From the NCBI GenBank assembly GCA_046290225.1, contig JBKAGE010000036.1, positions 192,001 through 256,000 on the forward strand: DNA of 64,000 nucleotides. Direction: 5' to 3'. The position numbers and the translations under genes are program-made. The stretch is from Bradymonadia bacterium (GTDB taxonomy: Bacteria; Myxococcota_A; Bradymonadia; UBA7976; UBA1532). Below the pieces are notes generated by a model that worked only from the letters and a program-made list of their open reading frames with translations, did no database searches and was not told where the DNA came from. Of the stretch, positions 10,885 to 19,412 are shown piece after piece. Numbering within the stretch: the stretch's first letter is position 1; each line of letters begins with the position of its first letter.

Positions 10885-13800
10885 TTATGCCTCGGGGGGT
10901 AGTGTTTCGGGGGACGGTGTATCTTCTGGCAGTGGCTCGTCGAGGCGGGCCAGCTCCCCGGTGGCCTCGAGACGCTCGAAGAGCGCTCGGGCCTTCTCGC
11001 GGGCGTCTTCGGCCCTCTGTCGATCCCGACGGGACCACAGGCGCCATTGGGCGGCATAGACCTGGCCCAGCTCTACAGATGGCCCCAAGGGCCCCAGGTG
11101 GGCTTCGGCCTCTTTGATGTGCTCGATGGCGCTTGCGCCGTCACCTTGACGATCCCTGATCTCTGCAAGCGCCCTCAGAGCGGCCCCTGCCCTCGCGGCG
11201 TCGCCCTGAGCACGAGACAACTCCAAGGCAGCTTCAGCAGCTTCGACGGCGCCATCCAGCGTACCAGCGGCGAAACGCACGTCGGCGAGGATGCGCCATG
11301 CGTCGGGGAGCAGGTAACCAGGACCACGGCCCGACAAGCACAATTCGATGGCCTCGAGCAGGCGGGTTTCGGCCTCCTCGACCTCACCGAGTACGAGCAG
11401 GACCTCACTGAGGTTGGCGTATCCAACAGCGAGGCCTGCGTCGCCCGAGAGCGCCTTGATGCGGATCGACTCCAGCAAATAGTCCCGGGCCCGGGTGTAG
11501 TCTCCCTGGGTCCAGGCGAGGGTACCGAGGTTGTTGTAAGAGCGGGCGAGGCCCGGCCGATCCCCAAGGGCAGCCTTGAGCCTGAGGGCCCGCTGATGAT
11601 GAGCGGCGGCCTCCTGGTAACGCCCGTGCTCTTCAGCGAGGATCCCCAGATTGTTGTGGGTCTTGGCCTGCCACTGCTCCTCACCGGCGTCTTCGAACGC
11701 CACGAGGGCGCACCGGTATTGCTGATCTGCCAGGGCGGGATCACCCATAGCGTTGGCCACCACCCCGCGAACGTTGTGGACTGTCCCTGCGAGCCTCAAG
11801 ACCTCTCGTGCCATCCCCGGTGGGGTCGGCGTCGGCAAATGCCGCCGCACGTCGTGGAGCAGATCGAGCAGCATGAGGAGGGTCTCGGATGCCTCTGCGT
11901 ATCCACCCTGAAAATAGCTGCGCCACGCCTGGTCACGCTCGATGGCTGCACGGGCGAGCACCAGCTCCGGGGCGCCTTGTGGCCCGGCCTCCGCAACGCA
12001 GTCATGGGCTGTGGTGAGCAGCTCCGCCTTCCGAGCAGGGTCATCCTCCAACCACGCTCGACGCCGCCAGCGCTCCGCCCGCACGGCTGCAGGCGCTTTG
12101 GCATCACGGGCCAGGGCTGCGTCGAGGAGCCCCAGCGCCCGGCCCCGATCGCCCGCCCCCATGACCAGCTCGCTGAGCAGGACCTCCACCTCGGCGCGCT
12201 CGGCGACGGTCAAGGCCTCGGGGGCCGCATCATCCGCGGTGATGCAAGCCTCCAAGGCCCGCGTCGCCTCGCCCATGGCCCGAGCGTCCACGGCGAGATG
12301 CCCCGCCTTGGACCACGCCGCCGCAGCGCGGCCATGATCACCCGCGGCGTCAAAGTGCTGGCCAACACGGGGCCAGATGTCGGGGCCCTGGTGCTCGATC
12401 TCTTCTGACAGCCACAGCGCGGCGCGGCCATGCCAGGCTCTACGGCTCGCACCTGTGAGGCTGCTGTGGAGCACCTCTTGAATCAATCCGTGCTGGAACG
12501 CCCACGCAGTCATGCCAGGCTGGCTCGCTTCGAGCCTGGGCGTGATGAAGCGCTGGCGCTGGAGCTCGACGAGGGCCTCTCCGACTCCATGACCGAGCAG
12601 CCGCTCTACAGCCTCCTTCCAGAAAGTGCGCCCGAGGATGGAGGCTCCGCGGAGCACCTGCTGCTGGTCTGCTGGCAAACGATCGACCCGGGCGAGGATC
12701 ACCCCCTCCACGGTGAGAGGCAGCGCGGCGTCGTCACCCTGACGGTCCCGCTCCACGAAGGCCAGCTCGCGAATGAAGAGCGGGTTGCCTTCTGCCCGGG
12801 TGAGCAGCGCCGTCAGCGCCGGCCCCTCCAAGGGCAGAATCGTCCGGGCCACCGCTTCGGCGGCACGCCGTTCCAAGGGGCCGAGCTCTACGGTGACGTG
12901 GCCCGGACGCACCCGCTCGGGCCCTTGTCGCGCCATCCACTCTGGCCGCGCGGTGACCACCACCAGCACCTGAGACAACCCCAGACCCAACTCGTCGATG
13001 ACTGCCAGGCCTTCGGGGCCCATCCAGTGGGCATCTTCGATGACCACCATCACCGGCGTGCGTCGCGCCACCCCCTCGATGACTCGGCGAAAGGTCGCCG
13101 GCAGTACACCTGGGGCCGTGAGCTCACCGCCACCCACCTGGCCCACGCCGAGCACCGCGCTCAGCACCCCGAGTCGGTCCATGAGAGCGGGGCCACGCTC
13201 CATGGGCCGGTGGGCGAGCAGGGCATCGATGGATGCGATGCCACCTTCGATGGGGCTGTCCCCTTCAGCGTCCAGTCCGCGGAGCAAACGCCTCAGTGCA
13301 TGACGTTTCTCCTCTGCAGAGTCTGTAGGGCTGACCTCGGCGAGGGCACACAGCACCTCGGCGAGGGCGGTGAGATCAGAGCCCTCACCCAGGGTGGGGT
13401 TGTGACCCCGAGCCACCAGGCACCGATGGCCCACCCGTTCGATGAGAGCATCCACCAGGCGGGTCTTGCCCATGCCTGCAGGCCCGAGCACGGTGATGGC
13501 CCCCTGCCCTGCGCCCTCGAAGACACCCGTGGCCACCTCCACCATGTGGCCCAGCTCCACCGAGCGCCCGATGAGTGGTGCATCCACCGAGATGCGCGGC
13601 GCCTGCACAGCTGCGATCCGACCGACGCTGTGGAGGACATGCAGCCCCTCAGGCAGCGCCCAGACCTGGGCCTCGGCGTGCAGCAGGCCGGGCCCCGTGA
13701 TGACACCCTCGTGCTCGGTCACGGCCCCTGACTCCACCACCACAGTGGCCGTAGACCACGTCTTCGCAAAGCCTTCTGCGGCCTTCAGCGCCCTGCTGCT

Positions 13801-15051
13801 GTCGTTCTCGAAACTGATGGGCCAGCCGAAGAGTGCCCCGTCGACGACCCCGTGCTGAGGCAACGCGGTGCCCCCGAGACGATCGACCTGCTCGAGGAAC
13901 GTCCGTCTGAGAGCGCTGCGCCAGCGGGCCATCGGCTCTGCCTCGGTGAGATCAGAGGGGCTGCGATGCTTCACCATCACCACAGCGGCCCGCCGCACCC
14001 CGGGCGTCGGACCCTGTTGGGCAGTCTCTGCAACCTTGAAGTAGGCGTCGAGCGGGTGACCCAGCAGCCGATAGGCCGCCCATACGGGCCAACCCTCGCC
14101 ATGAGCCTTCACCCGCGCTTGCCGCAAGGCCTCGCCCACGGTCTCGCCGGTCCAGAGCGCTTCATAGAACCAACGTGCAAAGTCGGCCCCGGGCAGGTCG
14201 GGGAGATCGACCACCGTGCCGATCCAATGACGAATCCCAGTGCGCAAGAGCTCCGAGACGAGCCCGCCATCTTCGGAGCGACAGGCGTTGGCGAAGACCA
14301 GTGAGGGCGCGCCCTGACCCCCGAGAGGTTGCACATGGGCCTCGGTGAGGTGGCCGTCGCCGAACCGCCACCCTCCAGGCTGCGGATCGTGGTGCCCGGC
14401 GAAGTGCAGCAGATGATAACCGCGGAACACCCGCTGGGCGTCGGCGACGGCCATATGCCCGCCGCGCAGATCACATTGCACGCCCCCACGCTCGGCGCTC
14501 AAACGCATCAACGCCTCCCCCTCCACCCGAGCGGCAGGCAGGTCGCCGGCTGGATCGGCGATGACCAGCATGCGGTGGCCAGAGTGGGTACTCTGAGCAG
14601 GCTCCAGCCTCAGCTCGCCCCCCCGGAGCCGCGCACCGAGGGCGAAGCGCAGACCCAGTGGGGCGACCCCGTCGTGCAGGAGCGGCCAGGGCCAGGCGCT
14701 CAGTGTGTCATCAGTGACGAGGGTGAGGGCGGCGTGGTGCTGCCCCCATCGCCGGAGGGCTGACTTGACCTGTGGGGGCAACATCAAGTCGAAGAGAATG
14801 CGTCCGTGGGCCGTGAGGGCCTCGGGGATCTGCCGGCCTCGCGCCCCGCTCTGACGCATCCAGCGCTTGAGCGTGCGGCCGAGGGCGCGCCGTTCACCTT
14901 GCAAACGCTCTGTATCCACAGCGTGACGGCCCACCCAGACCCTGGGGCCATGACGCCCGTCTCTCTGGGTGGTGGAGAGCCGACACACAACGGTGTCGGC
15001 GCCTTCGAAGGCCACGTCGAGTTCGATATGCAGCGGACCGTCTCCCATCAC
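10885..15051 (-). CDS. CHAT (caspase-like) protease / degenerate class III cyclase-like / STAND AAA ATPase / TPR multidomain protein
   Basis: CHAT: WPWPLLHDG, IADPAGDLPAARVE, HFAGH (His), FANAC (Cys), GEALRQAR..WAAYRLLGHP. Cyclase-like: GALFGWPISFENDSSRALKAA. ATPase: LIGRSVEL, GPAGMGKTRL, VIEDAHW, EGNPLFIREL, FQHGLIQE. C-terminal TPRs (HNNLG, YNNLG). Confidence 0.9.
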   Translation of the reverse strand: MMGDGPLHIELDVAFEGADTVVCRLSTTQRDGRHGPRVWVGRHAVDTERLQGERRALGRTLKRWMRQSGARGRQIPEALTAHGRILFDLMLPPQVKSALRRWGQHHAALTLVTDDTLSAWPWPLLHDGVAPLGLRFALGARLRGGELRLEPAQSTHSGHRMLVIADPAGDLPAARVEGEALMRLSAERGGVQCDLRGGHMAVADAQRVFRGYHLLHFAGHHDPQPGGWRFGDGHLTEAHVQPLGGQGAPSLVFANACRSEDGGLVSELLRTGIRHWIGTVVDLPDLPGADFARWFYEALWTGETVGEALRQARVKAHGEGWPVWAAYRLLGHPLDAYFKVAETAQQGPTPGVRRAAVVMVKHRSPSDLTEAEPMARWRSALRRTFLEQVDRLGGTALPQHGVVDGALFGWPISFENDSSRALKAAEGFAKTWSTATVVVESGAVTEHEGVITGPGLLHAEAQVWALPEGLHVLHSVGRIAAVQAPRISVDAPLIGRSVELGHMVEVATGVFEGAGQGAITVLGPAGMGKTRLVDALIERVGHRCLVARGHNPTLGEGSDLTALAEVLCALAEVSPTDSAEEKRHALRRLLRGLDAEGDSPIEGGIASIDALLAHRPMERGPALMDRLGVLSAVLGVGQVGGGELTAPGVLPATFRRVIEGVARRTPVMVVIEDAHWMGPEGLAVIDELGLGLSQVLVVVTARPEWMARQGPERVRPGHVTVELGPLERRAAEAVARTILPLEGPALTALLTRAEGNPLFIRELAFVERDRQGDDAALPLTVEGVILARVDRLPADQQQVLRGASILGRTFWKEAVERLLGHGVGEALVELQRQRFITPRLEASQPGMTAWAFQHGLIQEVLHSSLTGASRRAWHGRAALWLSEEIEHQGPDIWPRVGQHFDAAGDHGRAAAAWSKAGHLAVDARAMGEATRALEACITADDAAPEALTVAERAEVEVLLSELVMGAGDRGRALGLLDAALARDAKAPAAVRAERWRRRAWLEDDPARKAELLTTAHDCVAEAGPQGAPELVLARAAIERDQAWRSYFQGGYAEASETLLMLLDLLHDVRRHLPTPTPPGMAREVLRLAGTVHNVRGVVANAMGDPALADQQYRCALVAFEDAGEEQWQAKTHNNLGILAEEHGRYQEAAAHHQRALRLKAALGDRPGLARSYNNLGTLAWTQGDYTRARDYLLESIRIKALSGDAGLAVGYANLSEVLLVLGEVEEAETRLLEAIELCLSGRGPGYLLPDAWRILADVRFAAGTLDGAVEAAEAALELSRAQGDAARAGAALRALAEIRDRQGDGASAIEHIKEAEAHLGPLGPSVELGQVYAAQWRLWSRRDRQRAEDAREKARALFERLEATGELARLDEPLPEDTPSPETLPPEA

Positions 15052-15116
15052 CGGCGTGTGTTACCACGGCCCTGGAGGCCGAGGCCAACGGATGTGGCAT
15101 CGATCTCGCGGAACCG

Positions 15117-15147
15117 GTGTAAGGTGTGCGCCGTGGGGCCGTCTGGT
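15117..15147 (+). promoter_or_regulatory. Putative ECF sigma promoter, copy 1 (GTGTAAGG-N15-CGTCTGGT)
   Basis: Same -35/-10-like boxes and spacing as 17930-17960; about 40 bp upstream of the ATG at 15187. Confidence 0.7.
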
Positions 15148-15186
15148 CCTGGCCTGACTTCAGTCGTCGCGAGGTACGAGAGTCAA

Positions 15187-16734
15187 ATGAGCAGGTGGCG
15201 CAAGTTCGAGGGCCGACCCCGAGGGGTGCTGGCGAGTGTACTGGTCCTGGTCCTGGTCCTGGGCTGTGGCATCACCCGCGAGCCCGAGGGCAACACAGGT
15301 GGTGCTGGTGGTGGCTTCGGCGGTGCAGGGGCTGAAGGCGGCGCCGGTGGCCAAGGCGGTGCCGGTGGCGAAGCTGGCTTCGGTGGTCAAGTGGGCGGTG
15401 CAGGTGGCGGCGGTGGCGCTGGCGGTGAGGCCGGCGGTGGCGGCGCGCCTGGTGGTGCCGGAGGCGGCATGGGTGGCGGTGGCGGCGCTGGCGGCTTCCC
15501 CGGTGGCATGGGCGGAGGCGGTGGCATCGTGCCGGACATCTGCTCTCAGTTGTGCCAGGGCGTGGTGCCGTGCCTTGTAGATGGAGATCCACCCATCTGC
15601 CCCGATTTGGACCTCGAAGATCCCGAGGGACGCATGCAAGCACAGGACGGCTGTGTCGCTGCCTGCGAGACACGGCCCGACCTTTTCGAGGACGCACCAG
15701 AGGTATCGTGTGAGGTCATCCTCGACCAGATGCTGCGCACGACGCCGGCATTCGGCGCGGTCTGTGGCCCGGACCTCTACACACCCTGCCCCGATGACGT
15801 ACCTCTCCTCGAAGGGGTCGTCGACGAGCACACCTTGTCGGTCGTCGACGACACCCTCGGGGGCACCACAACCCATTCCGGTACCTGTGGTGGTGTGGGG
15901 CCAGAGCTGATGTACCGGTTCGAGGCCCCTGTTCCAGGCCTCTGGGACTTCTTCCTCGAAACCGAAGCCCCGGAAAACGCACCCGATGCGGTCCTCCATC
16001 TGCGCTCGCTCTGCGATGTCCGTCCCACGGAGCTCGCTTGCAGCGCCGACACCCCAGATGGTCGCGCCGCGGTGCGCATGCGGCTCGAGGGCGATGCATC
16101 TGTCTTCGTGTTCGTCGACTCACTGACCCCCGAGGGCGGCCCCTTCACCCTCACCATCCGGCGCGTCGAGGAGATCCCTGAAGGCCAGCCCTGCGAAGTG
16201 GCCTCTGTGGAGCATGTCTGTGTCGAAGGGCTGCTGTGCCTGCCGTCGCTGATGGAAGATGGCTCTGTCTGCCGATTGCCCGCGCCCCCTCTCGTGGAGA
16301 TGGGGGAGGCCTTCTACAACACCGCGACTGGTGGCTTCGGCGCTCGGCTGACAGCCCACGCGGAAGCCCCTCTGACGGGGTATCGCTATACCCTCCTCGA
16401 TCCCGAGCAAGTGCCCATCGCCACTGAGAGCGGCCAGGGGCCTTTCGTCACTGAGGGCTTCCACATGGTGAGCCGTCCAGATCCCATGGGCCCCTACGCC
16501 CTCACGCTCCTGGAGACGTTGCCTGCGCAGCTCGAGGGACTGGCCACTGTGCGGCTGCAGCTCCTCGACACCTTTGGGGCTGAGGGCCTGGAGATCGATC
16601 TCCCCGTGCAGCCCTCCCTCGTCGCCGACTCTGGCGGTGCGTGTGATCCCGACGGGATCTTCACCCTCTGCCCTGAGGGTGAGCGATGTGCAGTCGAGGT
16701 CGAGCCCCCCACCTGCACACCCGTGGAGGAGTGA
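15187..16734 (+). CDS. Lipoprotein with Gly-rich linker, Cys-rich segments and a beta-sandwich (PPC-like) domain
   Basis: MSRWRK...VLVLVLVLG-C lipobox; poly-Gly tract; GTCGGVGPELMYRF..DAVLHLRSLC..ELAC module. The upstream ORF extension overlaps the CHAT gene and is discarded. Confidence 0.8.
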   Translation: MSRWRKFEGRPRGVLASVLVLVLVLGCGITREPEGNTGGAGGGFGGAGAEGGAGGQGGAGGEAGFGGQVGGAGGGGGAGGEAGGGGAPGGAGGGMGGGGGAGGFPGGMGGGGGIVPDICSQLCQGVVPCLVDGDPPICPDLDLEDPEGRMQAQDGCVAACETRPDLFEDAPEVSCEVILDQMLRTTPAFGAVCGPDLYTPCPDDVPLLEGVVDEHTLSVVDDTLGGTTTHSGTCGGVGPELMYRFEAPVPGLWDFFLETEAPENAPDAVLHLRSLCDVRPTELACSADTPDGRAAVRMRLEGDASVFVFVDSLTPEGGPFTLTIRRVEEIPEGQPCEVASVEHVCVEGLLCLPSLMEDGSVCRLPAPPLVEMGEAFYNTATGGFGARLTAHAEAPLTGYRYTLLDPEQVPIATESGQGPFVTEGFHMVSRPDPMGPYALTLLETLPAQLEGLATVRLQLLDTFGAEGLEIDLPVQPSLVADSGGACDPDGIFTLCPEGERCAVEVEPPTCTPVEE

Positions 16735-17267
16735 TGAGACGCCCCTTTCACGCATATCTACGCTGGCTGACATATGCCTCTGCGCTCACGCTGACTCTGG
16801 CCACGGTCGTGCCCGGGTGCGGCATCACTCGAGAGCCCGAGGGTCAGAGTGACGCCGACGGCGGCTTCGCTGGTGGTGGAGGCGCTGGCGGCGGTGCCGC
16901 AGGTGCTGGTGGTGGCGCTGCGGGTGCTGGCGGCGGCGTCGGAGGTGCTGGTGGGGGGATGCAGGGCCGAGACGCATTTATCCCTGAGATGGACGCGTTC
17001 ATCGCCCCTGATGCCCTGATTGGCGAAGACGCTGGACTGCCGGACGCAGATCTCCCTGATGGCGAATTTGCCGATGGGGGCTTCCTGGACGGCGATCTCC
17101 CTGATGGAGAGATCGAAGACGGCGGTCTCTTCGACGGTGATCTCCCCGACGAGGGCTGGCTCGACGGCGATTTGCCCGACGGTGATCTCGCAGACGGTGA
17201 GCTGAGCCTCGATGCAGATCTTGATTCCGACTCGGGCATCATGCTCGATGACGCTGAGGCCCCCTGA
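16734..17267 (+). CDS. Small lipoprotein with Gly/Ala linker and highly acidic DGDLP-type repeats
   Basis: TGATG coupling to the previous gene, GGAGGA RBS, lipobox VVPG-C; mature N-terminus CGITREPEG is identical to that of the previous gene. Confidence 0.75.
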   Translation: MRRPFHAYLRWLTYASALTLTLATVVPGCGITREPEGQSDADGGFAGGGGAGGGAAGAGGGAAGAGGGVGGAGGGMQGRDAFIPEMDAFIAPDALIGEDAGLPDADLPDGEFADGGFLDGDLPDGEIEDGGLFDGDLPDEGWLDGDLPDGDLADGELSLDADLDSDSGIMLDDAEAP

Positions 17268-17299
17268 TCGCTGGGGGCGCCACAGTCTGTCCGGAGATC

Positions 17300-17929
17300 A
17301 TGACTGCCCCCGACGATCACACCCTGCTCCTCCGCTGCATCGACGGCGACGGCGACGCCTGGCATCTGCTGGTGGGGCGCTTCACCCGCTATGTCTATCA
17401 CCTCATCCGTGCGACGGCGCATCGCTACAACGCGGCGCTCTCCGAGGCCGCTGTCGCTGACTTGCACAATGATTTGTTCCTGGCCCTGCTGGAGGACGAT
17501 CGGCGCCGCCTGAGAGCCTACGAGGGTAAGAACGGCTGCTCGGTCCGCAGCTGGATCCGCATCATCACGATCCGCCGCACCCTCGACCATCTGCGCCGTC
17601 AAAAGCCCACGTTGAGCCTCGACGCCCTCACAGATGACTCGGAGGACCGCGCCACCATGCCCGAGCCGGTCGATCCGGGGCCTGATCCTCTGGAACACCT
17701 CATCGAGCAGGGGGCTCAACGCCGACGAGAGGCCCTCGGGGACATCGCCTCGGCGTTGAGCGACGCTGATCGCTTGCTGCTGTCGCTCATCTACGAGCGT
17801 CAAATGCCGGCGCCACAGATCGCCGCCCTGCTCCGGGTGAAGGTGGGGGCGGTCTATACGCGAAAGAACCGCCTCATCGCCCGCCTGAGACGCCTCGCAG
17901 AGGCAGGAGGATGGCTCGATGAAGCTTGA
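17300..17929 (+). CDS. ECF-family RNA polymerase sigma factor
   Basis: Region 2 (DGDAWHLLVGRF, DLHNDLFLALL, LRAYEG..SVRSWIRII..TLDHLRR) and region 4 (LSDADRLLLSL..QIAALL..GAVYTRKNRL); GGAG RBS. Confidence 0.92.
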   Translation: MTAPDDHTLLLRCIDGDGDAWHLLVGRFTRYVYHLIRATAHRYNAALSEAAVADLHNDLFLALLEDDRRRLRAYEGKNGCSVRSWIRIITIRRTLDHLRRQKPTLSLDALTDDSEDRATMPEPVDPGPDPLEHLIEQGAQRRREALGDIASALSDADRLLLSLIYERQMPAPQIAALLRVKVGAVYTRKNRLIARLRRLAEAGGWLDEA

Positions 17930-17960
17930 GTGTAAGGCTTGTCTCTTTCTGACGTCCGGT
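17930..17960 (+). promoter_or_regulatory. Putative ECF sigma promoter, copy 2 (GTGTAAGG-N15-CGTCCGGT)
   Basis: Starts right after the sigma stop codon, about 40 bp upstream of the anti-sigma ATG; matches 15117-15147. Confidence 0.7.
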
Positions 17961-18001
17961 GCACCCAAGTCATCTGACACAGCTTCGGAAAGGAGAGGAT
18001 C

Positions 18002-18676
18002 ATGAGCCACCATCGTCTGTCCGACGAGATCCTGGCGCTCTATCTCGAGGGCCGCCTCGACGGCCCCGAGCTCGACGCGGTGCACCGTGCGCTCGCGGCG
18101 GATCCAGCTCTTCAAGAGGAGCTGCTCCTCCTCGCAGGTGTGGTCGACGTGGAGCCCTCTCTCGACTTCACCCCCTCTGAGGCCATGGTGGCTTCTTTGT
18201 CGAAGAGCGCCACCGATCTGTGGGCGAAGATGGTGCCTTCGACGACACAGGTGAAGTCCGACGCCCTGCTCTCGGTGGCGATCCGCTGGCTCGGGGACTG
18301 CCTAGCTCCTCTGGCGGAGGCGCTTCAGCCCCTGACGCTGCAGACGGCCATGGTCCGGGGTGCGGCTCAGCCTCAAGGGGCTGACGAGCTCCGGTATCAC
18401 GTGACGCTCGCTGATTTGCCTCTGGAGATCGATCTGGCCTCTGAGGGCCCTGGTCGAGCCTCTCTCTTCGTCCGCCCCCTCTCGCCTCCACCGACGGGTC
18501 TGATGATCCGCCTGGCCCTGGGCGGTGAGACCCGAGCGATGAGCCTGCTTTCGGCGGAGGGTGCGTCGATGGACTCGCTGATGCCCGGGGCGTATGAGCT
18601 TATTTTAGAGCAATCAAATCAACCTGTTGCACGCTTGGAGATGTGTTTGTTCGCAGAAGATGATTCGAATGCTTGA
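18002..18676 (+). CDS. Putative soluble anti-sigma factor (ASD-like N-terminus, C-terminal beta-rich domain)
   Basis: HRLSDEILALYLEGRLDGPELDAVHRAL resembles zf-HC2/ASD but lacks the CxxC; no TM helix; central MVRG motif; directly follows the ECF gene. Confidence 0.75.
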   Translation: MSHHRLSDEILALYLEGRLDGPELDAVHRALAADPALQEELLLLAGVVDVEPSLDFTPSEAMVASLSKSATDLWAKMVPSTTQVKSDALLSVAIRWLGDCLAPLAEALQPLTLQTAMVRGAAQPQGADELRYHVTLADLPLEIDLASEGPGRASLFVRPLSPPPTGLMIRLALGGETRAMSLLSAEGASMDSLMPGAYELILEQSNQPVARLEMCLFAEDDSNA

Positions 18677-18702
18677 CAGCCCCCCCAGTTGGGTGGCAAT
18701 TT
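18673..18702 (+). promoter_or_regulatory. Sigma70-type promoter for the tRNA
   Basis: Perfect TTGACA (18673-18678, overlapping the anti-sigma TGA), 18-bp spacer, weak -10 CAATTT. Confidence 0.55.
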
Positions 18703-18720
18703 CCCGCGCACCAACGAGAC

Positions 18721-18793
<73 letters not shown>

Positions 18794-18809
18794 CCGAAGC
18801 GCTTTCACG

Positions 18810-18850
18810 AACCCGCCAGGCTGCATGCCTCGGCGGGTTTTGTGTTTTCT
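18810..18850 (+). terminator. Intrinsic terminator after the tRNA
   Basis: AACCCGCC-AGGC / GCCT-C-GGCGGGTT stem followed by a T-rich tract. Confidence 0.75.
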
Positions 18851-18915
18851 GGGCCAAGAAGTGCCAAAGCATCCTGCGTGCGTTCTAGAACGCACGCAGG
18901 CGTGAAAACTCCAGC

Positions 18916-19401
18916 TCAGCCGACACTCAAGCGATGATCGAGCAGGGCATCGTCATCGAAGGTAGCCCAGAGACTGAACGTTCGCCCCGCGAGCAGGGCC
19001 GGCAACCAATACCGATCATCCGCCCACATCTCGTCATACGGCACCGCATCAACCGAGGTCCACAGCGGGATGGCCTCTTCAGTCTCAGTAGGCGCCCCCA
19101 CGCAATCCTCAGCCTTGAAGACCGTGCACTCGATGCGCAGCCCATCGACGAAATCAAAGTAGAGCTTGCCCGCCTCTTCGACCTGTGTGGGCTGGATGCC
19201 CAGCTCTTCTTGAGTCTCACGGAAGGCACATTCGAGGGGTGTCTCACCTGGATCGAGCTTGCCGCCGGGGCCGTTGATCTTCCCTGCCCCGAGACCGCGC
19301 TTCTTGCGGATCAACAACACTTGCCCGTCACGCAGCACGAACAACAGAGTGCAGCGTACAGTGGGATGCCATTGACTCCAGTCGATGTCGTCGACGTGCA
19401 C
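18916..19401 (-). CDS. Nudix hydrolase, MTH1/NUDT1-like 8-oxo-dGTPase
   Basis: KKRGLGAGKINGPGGKLDPGETPLECAFRETQEELG Nudix box; PYDEMWADDRYWLP. Confidence 0.92.
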   Translation of the reverse strand: MHVDDIDWSQWHPTVRCTLLFVLRDGQVLLIRKKRGLGAGKINGPGGKLDPGETPLECAFRETQEELGIQPTQVEEAGKLYFDFVDGLRIECTVFKAEDCVGAPTETEEAIPLWTSVDAVPYDEMWADDRYWLPALLAGRTFSLWATFDDDALLDHRLSVG

Positions 19402-19412
19402 CGCGCCCTCGC

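Noticed and set aside
15241..15530. (CTGGTC)n and GGN-rich tracts as phase-variable repeats
   Set aside because: In-frame coding repeats of a signal peptide and a Gly linker; slippage of whole units would not shift the frame.
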